Shown: one piece after another, positions 1-7,092 of the stretch
How positions within the stretch are numbered: the stretch's first letter is position 1
Layout: every line of letters starts with the position of its first letter
Virus record (IMG/VR): IMGVR_UViG_3300042922_001470
Coordinates: 1-32,371 of that record
Direction: 5' to 3' (one strand)
Origin: a virus
Taxonomy: Duplodnaviria > Caudoviricetes
Length of the DNA stretch: 32,371 nucleotides
Position numbers and translations under genes: made by a program
The notes under the pieces: generated by a model
Databases searched by the model: none
The model's input: only the letters and a program-made list of their open reading frames with translations
Told to the model about the DNA's origin: nothing

Positions 1-561
1 TTATTCATTTTTAATTTCTGCAAGCTTTGCTGCAATGGTCTTGAAATCTTCCCAGGCGTCCTTCTTGACTGATTCGTTTCTCAAGAGGTATGAAGGATGG
101 TATGTGGGCATGAAAAAAATATCTCCCTTTTTAACAAACTTTCCTCTCTGCTTGCTTATACTTAAGTTTGGGTCAATGAGCTTTTTGGAAGACACAGCTC
201 CTAGGCACACAATTATTTTAGGGCGGATGAGTTTTACCTGCCACCTTAAATAATCAATGCATGATTCTGCTTCATCATCCATGGGATTCCTGTTTTCCGG
301 AGGTCTGCATTTTACCACATTGGCAATGTACACATCTGAGCGCTTCAGTTTTATTGCTCCAATCATTTTATCAAGCAGCTGACCTGCTTTTCCTACAAAG
401 GGCCTGCCCTGCACATCCTCGTTGTATCCTGGTCCTTCCCCTACAAACATTATGTCTGCATGTTCATTTCCTTCACCGAAAACAACGGTAGTCCTTGTTT
501 CTGCCAGCCTGCACTTTCGACACTTTGAAGTGAATTTTTTAAGCTCATCCATTGAGTACAT
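1..561 (-). CDS. udg: Family 4 (Fe-S) uracil-DNA glycosylase, probably a host gene
   Basis: CxxC (CRKC), motif A GEGPG, KCRPPENRNP and motif B YHPSYLLR. ATG at 561 is preceded by GAGG; the ORF-track extension to 627 is probably not translated. Confidence 0.92.
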   Translation of the reverse strand: MYSMDELKKFTSKCRKCRLAETRTTVVFGEGNEHADIMFVGEGPGYNEDVQGRPFVGKAGQLLDKMIGAIKLKRSDVYIANVVKCRPPENRNPMDDEAESCIDYLRWQVKLIRPKIIVCLGAVSSKKLIDPNLSISKQRGKFVKKGDIFFMPTYHPSYLLRNESVKKDAWEDFKTIAAKLAEIKNE

Positions 562-655
562 AAATGCCTCTACAGTGTCAAATCTATGTGGCAATATCCA
601 TTTGGATTTTTTATAATTCTTTGACACGTTGGATTTTAAAGACTTTCTTTATTAC

Positions 656-677
656 TGACAACATTATGACAACATTA
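656..677. repeat. Tandem 11-bp direct repeat TGACAACATTA x2; candidate integrase arm-type sites at the prophage end
   Basis: Exact copies at 656-666 and 667-677, lying between the last phage gene and udg. Confidence 0.55.
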
Positions 678-718
678 TATGAATAGCAAAGTGTAATACA
701 AAGAGGAAGAACTGTCTA

Positions 719-1219
719 TTAAGGCAGTTCTTTTATATCCAAATTAATAACCTCAATCTTATTGCTAGTAATCTTTTTATCCGATACATAAAGCAGTTTT
801 TTAAATTCTGATTCTTCATATTTTTTTATCTTTTCGCTGTCAAACATCCGTTGCAACTCTACAGCCATATATACCTTTTTACCGTTGCGCTCCAAGTTTA
901 TAGTCATATCAGGTCTCAGATTTCCTATTTGTGTCTGTACGGTCAAAATATCGACTGTATAGTTATTATTGATTAACCACAAATATGTTTTTGCAAGTAA
1001 ATCCAAATGCAGCTTTTGAGCTGGCTCTCTCTTTGTAAAGTAGAAATATTTATCATTCGCACCATGCCTATTGCGCTTAATGTAAAGATAGTCATGCAGA
1101 AATGAAAGTCTATAATATGCGACTCTTGGAGAAGGATAGAATATCTTTTGTAATGTATCTCCGTAACAAGGTATCTTGTCAACAAACTCAATTACTTTCC
1201 AATCTCTATTAGTAATCAT
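719..1219 (-). CDS. Replication-relaxation family protein (wHTH + PD-(D/E)xK-like nuclease)
   Basis: N-terminal ITNRDWKVIEF...AYYRLSFL helix pattern, conserved His (KLHL), RPD...VELQ motif; ATGA-coupled to the FtsK gene. Confidence 0.75.
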   Translation of the reverse strand: MITNRDWKVIEFVDKIPCYGDTLQKIFYPSPRVAYYRLSFLHDYLYIKRNRHGANDKYFYFTKREPAQKLHLDLLAKTYLWLINNNYTVDILTVQTQIGNLRPDMTINLERNGKKVYMAVELQRMFDSEKIKKYEESEFKKLLYVSDKKITSNKIEVINLDIKELP

Positions 1220-2019
1220 ATTATACCTTCTAAAGCATCCTTGGCTTGAACAGTTTCTATTTTATAACGCTTGTTATAGTTCATTTTATCTTTTATCATT
1301 TTCTTAATTTCTCTATCTTCCAAGAAAAAACTTTTAAATATAACATCCTGAGTATCATTTGAAAGTATTGCTTCGCCTTTTCCATGCAAGTCATTCACAG
1401 CTCTCAAATCGCCTGTATCAAGCAATATTTCACTGTTGTAAGAGTTTTTTACTTTGAATGCGACTGTATGATTAAGGTTAGCTTTTAATTTAGTGTCAAG
1501 ATTCTCATGACACGGCCTTTGGACTGATAAAATCACTTTTATATTTGCAGCTCTTGCTTGTGCCAGGATGATATTTAATTCTTTGGTAAAGGTTTTATTA
1601 TTGCTTAACATTGTGTACTCTTCTATCAATACAACCAATGGTTTCATTTCTCCATTATGTTTTAAATTATAATCTTTAAAATCTTTGCAGTTAGCTTTAT
1701 CAAGAACAGAGAATCTTTCTGTCATTATATTTTTTATTTTTTCTATGATCACATCTGCTTCTGGAACAGTTTTAACAAATGCTTTTAAATTCTTGTAATA
1801 TCGGAATACGTTATAATCTCCACCCATTTTCATGTCAATAATAATAATGTCAATATCATTCAATACCATTCCTGTTAGCAAGCATTTAATAAAAGAAGTT
1901 TTACCACTACCATTTATTCCACCCACAAGCACATGAGGCTGATTATCTAAGTCAATATAAACTATTGCTTCACCTTTGGTTGTTATCGTAACCCCTATTG
2001 CGTAAATCATTTTATTCAT
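1216..2019 (-). CDS. FtsK/SpoIIIE-family ATPase (motor domain only)
   Basis: PHVLVGGINGSGKT Walker A, LVVLIEEY Walker B, ARAANI..ILSVQRP and GKGEAIL; own SD AAGGGGGT. Confidence 0.9.
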   Translation of the reverse strand: MNKMIYAIGVTITTKGEAIVYIDLDNQPHVLVGGINGSGKTSFIKCLLTGMVLNDIDIIIIDMKMGGDYNVFRYYKNLKAFVKTVPEADVIIEKIKNIMTERFSVLDKANCKDFKDYNLKHNGEMKPLVVLIEEYTMLSNNKTFTKELNIILAQARAANIKVILSVQRPCHENLDTKLKANLNHTVAFKVKNSYNSEILLDTGDLRAVNDLHGKGEAILSNDTQDVIFKSFFLEDREIKKMIKDKMNYNKRYKIETVQAKDALEGII

Positions 2020-2455
2020 CTAAATATACCCCCTTATTTGGCTTATAAACTTCTTTAAATTCAACATCAGATACTTGCATTGCCAGCTTATAATTATTTG
2101 TCAATTCTAATTTAATAGGCTTCTGCAATGCCAACTCTAATTCTTCATGCATTTTTTCAAAATCACTTAAACACAAGCCGACCGGAACAGAAAATATATA
2201 TCTATCTCCAAGATCGTTCTTTTCTTTACTGATCAGCTGCGGAGTCTTTTTCTCAGCATTACTTATACCTAAGTTAATAAAAAGCATTTTCCATTTGCTG
2301 TCTAAAAATTCATTTATTATCATGCCGCCTTGTAATGCGGTCAAGCCTAAAAGTAGAAGCTGTGGCATAAAGAACAGTACACTATTCGCAAACACTAAGC
2401 CGATACATCCGGCAAATAAATATATATCTTTTTCCATCATTTTGGATGAATTCAT
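2012..2455 (-). CDS. Membrane protein, probably the separated N-terminal TM/alpha part of the FtsK-like translocase
   Basis: Hydrophobic N-terminal stretch followed by YIFSVPVGLCLSDFEK..EELELAL; SD AAGGGGGT before ATG 2455; 8-bp overlap with the ATPase gene. Confidence 0.65.
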   Translation of the reverse strand: MNSSKMMEKDIYLFAGCIGLVFANSVLFFMPQLLLLGLTALQGGMIINEFLDSKWKMLFINLGISNAEKKTPQLISKEKNDLGDRYIFSVPVGLCLSDFEKMHEELELALQKPIKLELTNNYKLAMQVSDVEFKEVYKPNKGVYLDE

Positions 2456-2485
2456 ACTAAATACCCCCTTCAAACAAATATTCAC

Positions 2486-2593
2486 ACACTCATTCAAATG
2501 TATTTGAATAGTGTAGTACTGTAATAGCAGTACAAGGACAAAATGTAAATAAACTTATCAGAACAAGCGGAGTGGATATGGAGCGCAGTTCTG
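2486..2593. promoter_or_regulatory. Cluster of three inverted repeats (candidate oriT/nick site or operators) overlapping a weak sigA-like promoter
   Basis: ATTCAAAT-gt-ATTTGAAT (2492-2509), GTACTG-N6-CAGTAC (2516-2533), CAGAAC..GTTCTG (2559-2593); minus-strand TTTACA-N17-TATTAC (2549-2521). Confidence 0.45.
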
Positions 2594-2606
2594 TGCCGCG
2601 TTTTAT

Positions 2607-2798
2607 TTACCAGATGTTTTTCCTTTTCTTTCTAATTTCTTCCTTATCATTTGTACCGTAAACTAGGTTATTAAAGTATTCTTTGGATATATTTCCATCT
2701 GCTACCTGTTCTCTTAATCGTCTTATTCCTTCTTTGTTTCCCTCATGTATTCCTTTATAGCATGCTTTCTCAAATACTTTATACAAATATCCCATCAT
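2607..2798 (-). CDS. Hypothetical protein (63 aa)
   Basis: GGAGG SD; TAATG coupling to the upstream ORF. Confidence 0.6.
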   Translation of the reverse strand: MMGYLYKVFEKACYKGIHEGNKEGIRRLREQVADGNISKEYFNNLVYGTNDKEEIRKKRKNIW

Positions 2799-2992
2799 TA
2801 CTCCTCCAATTCTGTCAAGACATCCAAGGCAAATTGGCATTTATTCAATTTTGCAAAAACCTCGGCAAGTTCTTCATAATAGTAATCTAATCCATATATT
2901 TTAGAGCGGTCATTTATACTTTGTAGTTCTTTAAGATGCTTCTTTGATTCGTCCTTCAATTCCTCGATTTTACTTTTTAATTTTTCTTCCAT
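2798..2992 (-). CDS. Hypothetical coiled-coil protein (64 aa)
   Basis: AGGAGG SD before ATG 2992 (MEEKLKSK...). Confidence 0.65.
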   Translation of the reverse strand: MEEKLKSKIEELKDESKKHLKELQSINDRSKIYGLDYYYEELAEVFAKLNKCQFALDVLTELEE

Positions 2993-3099
2993 ATATCCTC
3001 CTATATTTCGACACATATTAAACCGCCTGTATGATAGCATAATAAAAACACTTCTGTGTTTGCTCCCTCTTGTGCTGTGGCGGCTCTGGGGGAGTTTTT

Positions 3100-3258
3100 T
3101 TATTCAAGTTTTAAAAATGGTTCTCTCTTTTTCTTTTCCTTTTCCTTGGTTTCTTGCAATAAATCTTTTACAAAACAGCTCCTGTTCCTTTTCTTCATAA
3201 GCCATTCGTAAAGTTCCTTTTCAGTTTCCTTGAAAGTTATCTGTACTGACTTAGCCAT
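3100..3258 (-). CDS. Small ribbon-helix-helix-like DNA-binding protein (52 aa; not in ORF track)
   Basis: Translated by hand: MAKSVQITFKETEKELYEWLMKKRNRSCFVKDLLQETKEKEKKKREPFLKLE. AGGAGGTG SD; alternating beta strand SVQITF followed by two helices. Confidence 0.7.
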   Translation of the reverse strand: MAKSVQITFKETEKELYEWLMKKRNRSCFVKDLLQETKEKEKKKREPFLKLE

Positions 3259-3275
3259 TTCACACCTCCTACTAA

Positions 3276-3304
3276 ATAGTATGCTTTAATACTATAATGT
3301 ATGA
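3276..3304 (-). promoter_or_regulatory. Sporulation sigma (sigE/sigG-like) promoter candidate
   Basis: TCATA-N16-CATACTAT directly upstream of the RHH gene SD. Confidence 0.5.
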
Positions 3305-3331
3305 CTTAAAACTAAAAATGTTCCAAAAAAT

Positions 3332-3359
3332 AAAAAAAGACCAGGCTATTAACCTGGTC
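3332..3359 (-). terminator. Intrinsic terminator after the endolysin
   Basis: GACCAGG-TTAATAG-CCTGGTC followed by T7. Confidence 0.85.
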
Positions 3360-3407
3360 GATATTCTAATGCCGTCTTCAGCATAACAGATGCAGGATCA
3401 CCTCCTG

Positions 3408-4562
3408 TTATAATCCAAAGCCAATAATATTATTTATTCGCCTATTGTCACCAAATACAAGCATTTCATTAGCATTATTTATAAAAGTCGAACCGCCGCC
3501 GTCTACGGATAAAGCAATATCATAATTACAATCTTTAACTAACTTTTGCAAATCATACAAGAAAGAATGTTTGTGATAGATGTTAGGCCTTACCATTAGA
3601 TAGATTTTATTTTCTGCTTTATTGTAGCCGATAACGGTTTTATTTCTTTTTGCAAGTACATCTGTATAATCTACTAGCAAGCCATCTTGCAACCTATTAT
3701 CTTTTTTAAATCCCTCCGATGCAGGATTATATATGAAGGAGCTATCTAAAGTGTTTCTAAGTCCTACACCCCCAACAGCAACTTTAATATTCTTATAATC
3801 TAAATCAGTGGCAAAATTAGCTTTCTTCATTTCTACACGGCCGTCATTATAAACTATGAATACCGACTGAGGAGCTTTGAAATCATAATAATGATTTGCT
3901 TCATTTCTATAAATTTTGCCATCTATAATTAAAATTGAAGTTGGATAAGTCTTAGTCCTAGCAGTATCTTCCCACCAAAAGAACGTACCATTAACACAGT
4001 AAGGCTCTTCTATTGTTTGGTTTTTCTGATTGATGATTTTAACACTGAGATCTTTAACATCACCCGCTAATTGATAAGTTCTGTTTGCAGTTTTAGAATA
4101 TTCGACTTTTATTTGTGGCATTGTTTCAGCAGCATTAACTAAATCTTTTGGATTAATGCACATAACATGCCTTCCTTTTAAAATACTTTTTAACCAGAAC
4201 GTACTATCATATAGACAATCTCTAATTTCAAAATGCAAATGTGGGCCAGTTGTCATTCCTGTCATGCCTACATGGCCTATGACTTGCCCTGCCTTGATAG
4301 ATTGTCCTACGTTTACCTCTAAAGCTTTCATATGTGCGTATAAGCTGCAATAGTTAGAGTGTTCTATAACAACATATAATCCGTATCCGTCAACATCATT
4401 TTTAGCAACAACAACCTTGCCATCGTCAACAACATAAATATTATCATTTAAAGCAGCTCTATAATCAATGCCTGGATGAAACTCTAATCCACCTAAAACT
4501 CTAATTCCGTATTCACTAGTTATTTCGATTTTTAGCAAAGGCTTATACTTTAATTTAATCAT
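3408..4562 (-). CDS. Endolysin: N-terminal M23 peptidase + C-terminal phosphodiester glycosidase (NAGPA/DUF2233-like) domain
   Basis: M23 motifs HPGID, YAHM and TGPHLHFEIR; C-terminal VNGTFF, KTVIGY, ALSVDGGGST and RRINNII; lies right after the holin-like genes. Confidence 0.82.
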   Translation of the reverse strand: MIKLKYKPLLKIEITSEYGIRVLGGLEFHPGIDYRAALNDNIYVVDDGKVVVAKNDVDGYGLYVVIEHSNYCSLYAHMKALEVNVGQSIKAGQVIGHVGMTGMTTGPHLHFEIRDCLYDSTFWLKSILKGRHVMCINPKDLVNAAETMPQIKVEYSKTANRTYQLAGDVKDLSVKIINQKNQTIEEPYCVNGTFFWWEDTARTKTYPTSILIIDGKIYRNEANHYYDFKAPQSVFIVYNDGRVEMKKANFATDLDYKNIKVAVGGVGLRNTLDSSFIYNPASEGFKKDNRLQDGLLVDYTDVLAKRNKTVIGYNKAENKIYLMVRPNIYHKHSFLYDLQKLVKDCNYDIALSVDGGGSTFINNANEMLVFGDNRRINNIIGFGL

Positions 4563-4565
4563 AGT

Positions 4566-4808
4566 TTATTCCTTCTTTGCTTGAGTTCCAAAATAAAAAG
4601 CTATAATTGTTACAAACACCGTCATAAACTGCTCAGGCGTTATCTTGCCGGTAACAGACAAATAAGCATATACAGATGTTAATATAATCGTTACTAAGCT
4701 TTTTACGCTTAAAAGCCTTGCTGCTCTCTGCGCAAGTGTTAATTCTCTTTCGCTAACATCTGCTAATCCGGTTAACATTATTTCATTTGTTTCTTTTATT
4801 TCACTCAT
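4566..4808 (-). CDS. Holin-like protein, two TM segments
   Basis: SVKSLVTIILTSVYAYLSV and FMTVFVTIIAFYFGTQ; position in the lysis cassette. Confidence 0.7.
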   Translation of the reverse strand: MSEIKETNEIMLTGLADVSERELTLAQRAARLLSVKSLVTIILTSVYAYLSVTGKITPEQFMTVFVTIIAFYFGTQAKKE

Positions 4809-5059
4809 TTTATTTCTCCTTTCAATTCATCTTCCAAATCCTTAATTCGATGGTTTGCAACTTTTAATTGCTCTTCATGTAGAGTTTGTCTCTCTTCAAT
4901 CTTAAAAGTTCTTTCAATAAGGTTATTGTGTTTATTAACCTTGCTTTCTAGTTGTTCCAATCTATAATTCGTTAATCTGCTTGAAACAACAATGCCACCA
5001 AAAGTACCGGATATTGTTCCGGCAAATGCTATAATAGCAACTATGATTTCACTGCTCAT
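4805..5059 (-). CDS. Lysis-cassette membrane protein (one TM + coiled coil; holin/XhlA-like)
   Basis: N-terminal TM followed by YRLEQLESKVNKHNNLIERT; ATGA overlap with the next gene. Confidence 0.65.
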   Translation of the reverse strand: MSSEIIVAIIAFAGTISGTFGGIVVSSRLTNYRLEQLESKVNKHNNLIERTFKIEERQTLHEEQLKVANHRIKDLEDELKGEIK

Positions 5060-5090
5060 TAACCACCTCTTATGTATTTTTATATTATTT

Positions 5091-5155
5091 AAAAAAGAAT
5101 CTCTTTTGAGATCCTTTGTTACTTATATTAATTAAAAAACAGCCCATATAGGCTG
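5091..5155 (-). terminator. Two tandem intrinsic terminators upstream of the lysis cassette
   Basis: CAGCC-TATATG-GGCTG-T6 (5155-5134) and GGATCTC-AAAA-GAGATTC-T6 (~5114-5091). Confidence 0.6.
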
Positions 5156-5241
5156 CACGCTATTAAAGCTTTTTCAATATATTTATTCATCCAACACCTC
5201 ATCTATTAAAATAAGAACATCAAGGTCTTTAAGTTTTTTGG

Positions 5242-5270
5242 TTTACAAAATTTTTCAAATGTACTATAAT
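5242..5270 (+). promoter_or_regulatory. sigA promoter of the HAD moron
   Basis: TTTACA-N17-TATAAT. Confidence 0.8.
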
Positions 5271-5297
5271 TGTTACACAACTAATCTGGGGGTTATT

Positions 5298-6011
5298 ATG
5301 ATTAAAGCTATTGCGTTCGATCTTGATGGTACTATCTATTATGGAAATCAAATAATAGAAGGTGCTATTGAAACTATTGAATATTTGAAAAATAAAGGTT
5401 TAAAAATCTTTTACTTTACTAATAATTCTACCAAAACAAGGGAACAAATATACTCTAAACTCACAAATATGGGATTGACTCTATCAATTGACTCTGTTTA
5501 TACATCAGCATATGCAACAGCTGTATTCTGTGTTGAAAATCAAATCAACGGTGTATATTGTATAGGTTCAAATGGATTAATTTCAGAATTAATTGAACAA
5601 GACATTCAAGTTAATTCTGATGATATTAAAGCTGTTGTCATTGGTCTAGATTTAGATATTAATTATGAAAAACTCTCTCAAGCTTTATTTTTCTTGCAAA
5701 AAGGTTGTAGATTGATTATTTGCAACCAAGATAAAAACTACCCAATTGAAAATGGCGTTCTTAAGCCTGGCTGTGGTTCAATGGTTGGTGCTATCCTTGG
5801 TGCCTATGATAAACAAATTGATTTTGAAGTTGGTAAGCCTAACACGTATATGATTGAACTCTTATCAAAAGCACACCATTTAACCAAAGATAATATATTA
5901 GTAGTTGGAGATTCCCTTGAAAGTGATATTGAGATGGCCAGAAGATATGGTTGCCAATCTGTTCTTGTAAACGAAAAAAATGATCTTAATCAACTAAGAA
6001 ATTATTTTTAA
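5298..6011 (+). CDS. HAD-IIA (NagD-like) phosphatase, moron
   Basis: FDLDGT, TNNS, GKP and GDSLESDI motifs; GGGGG SD before ATG 5298; opposite strand to the phage genes. Confidence 0.9.
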   Translation: MIKAIAFDLDGTIYYGNQIIEGAIETIEYLKNKGLKIFYFTNNSTKTREQIYSKLTNMGLTLSIDSVYTSAYATAVFCVENQINGVYCIGSNGLISELIEQDIQVNSDDIKAVVIGLDLDINYEKLSQALFFLQKGCRLIICNQDKNYPIENGVLKPGCGSMVGAILGAYDKQIDFEVGKPNTYMIELLSKAHHLTKDNILVVGDSLESDIEMARRYGCQSVLVNEKNDLNQLRNYF

Positions 6012-7084
6012 TCCTCAACTACTCTAAACCAACTAAACCATCCTTCATTTACTCCTGCAACACCTTCACTATTCACTACTAAGCCAATATAAGCAGGAGT
6101 AAAACCTAGAGCCCTTGACATGTCGCTTATATTATATTTATAACCATTATCACTCCATGATGATGTAACTTTCCACGTTCCAGAATCATTATATACACGC
6201 ATTTTAAGATAAACATAAGGAAAACCCATATTAGCACCAATTGCATACCCTGTTCGAATTGTTGGTGAACTCATTGCTTCCCAAAGCACTTTAAAACTTA
6301 CTGAATTTTGCGCTAACGATGTCAAAACATAAGCCCTTCCTGTTTTTGATTCTGTAACAATAATACCATATCGCCATGAAGCACTTAAAGTTGCGTGTGT
6401 CACTTGTTTAATTGTAATAGTAAAATCTCCAGTTGGGCAAGTTTTTACCAAGCCTTGTTGTGATAAACCGCTTCCTGCTGCACCGATTTTTAATACTTGA
6501 ACATCTGATGCTTCTGCTTTTGTTCCACTTGATAAATTATAATCCTCCCACGCCGTTGCAATTATTCCATCTGAAAATTCATCATCCCAAACACTTGGGG
6601 CTGTTGGAGGAGTATCGGGTGAATATGGAACATTACCCCACCTAACATCATAATTATTTTCACTATTTTTTATAGGTATTTGCCCTGCTGTTCCACCAGC
6701 AGGTAGTCCATTTGTTGCCGCATCAGGAGATGGCCCATATAACTTTCCCGTTGCTGTATCTATGGCTATCTCCGATGTTTCCGTTGTTTTTGCTTTTGCC
6801 TTAATACCTCCAAGTTCTGTTTCTGTTGCTTGTTGTATAGCTCCTCCACCCTCGCCGAATTCTAAGCCGTCCTCAGTTGATTTTACTTTAACCACTTTAC
6901 CTACCATGCCTGTATAATCAGCAGGTGAATCAGTTAAATCTGTAAATGCGTGTTTGTGGTCTTTCGCTGCAAGTTTAGACAAATCAATATAGCCCGTACC
7001 CTCAATATATTGAATCTGTGGACTTGATTGCCTTAATCTGTCCTCTGAGTCTCGTTTCTTTTTCAGTTCTTTGCTTAAGTTCAT
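6008..7084 (-). CDS. Tail fibre / receptor-binding protein with C-terminal beta-sandwich (ConA-like) domain
   Basis: Fibre motifs FTDLTDSPADYTG..GKVVKV..GLEF and LPAGGTAGQ; beta-rich C-terminus starting WDDEFSD; last tail gene. Confidence 0.7.
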   Translation of the reverse strand: MNLSKELKKKRDSEDRLRQSSPQIQYIEGTGYIDLSKLAAKDHKHAFTDLTDSPADYTGMVGKVVKVKSTEDGLEFGEGGGAIQQATETELGGIKAKAKTTETSEIAIDTATGKLYGPSPDAATNGLPAGGTAGQIPIKNSENNYDVRWGNVPYSPDTPPTAPSVWDDEFSDGIIATAWEDYNLSSGTKAEASDVQVLKIGAAGSGLSQQGLVKTCPTGDFTITIKQVTHATLSASWRYGIIVTESKTGRAYVLTSLAQNSVSFKVLWEAMSSPTIRTGYAIGANMGFPYVYLKMRVYNDSGTWKVTSSWSDNGYKYNISDMSRALGFTPAYIGLVVNSEGVAGVNEGWFSWFRVVED

Positions 7085-7092
7085 AAATCACC

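Noticed and set aside
562-627. N-terminal extension of UDG from GTG 627
   Set aside because: No SD; family similarity and an SD point to ATG 561.
973-1191. Nested same-strand ORF in the relaxase-like gene
   Set aside because: Short, with no SD or recognisable motif.
719-2455. Complete ICE/conjugative element or HerA-type defence system
   Set aside because: No VirB4, channel genes or integrase nearby; motifs fit FtsK plus replication-relaxation. A defence role is not excluded but is unsupported.
5238-5297. Extended HAD start at TTG 5238
   Set aside because: Overlaps the promoter; motif I and the SD fit ATG 5298.
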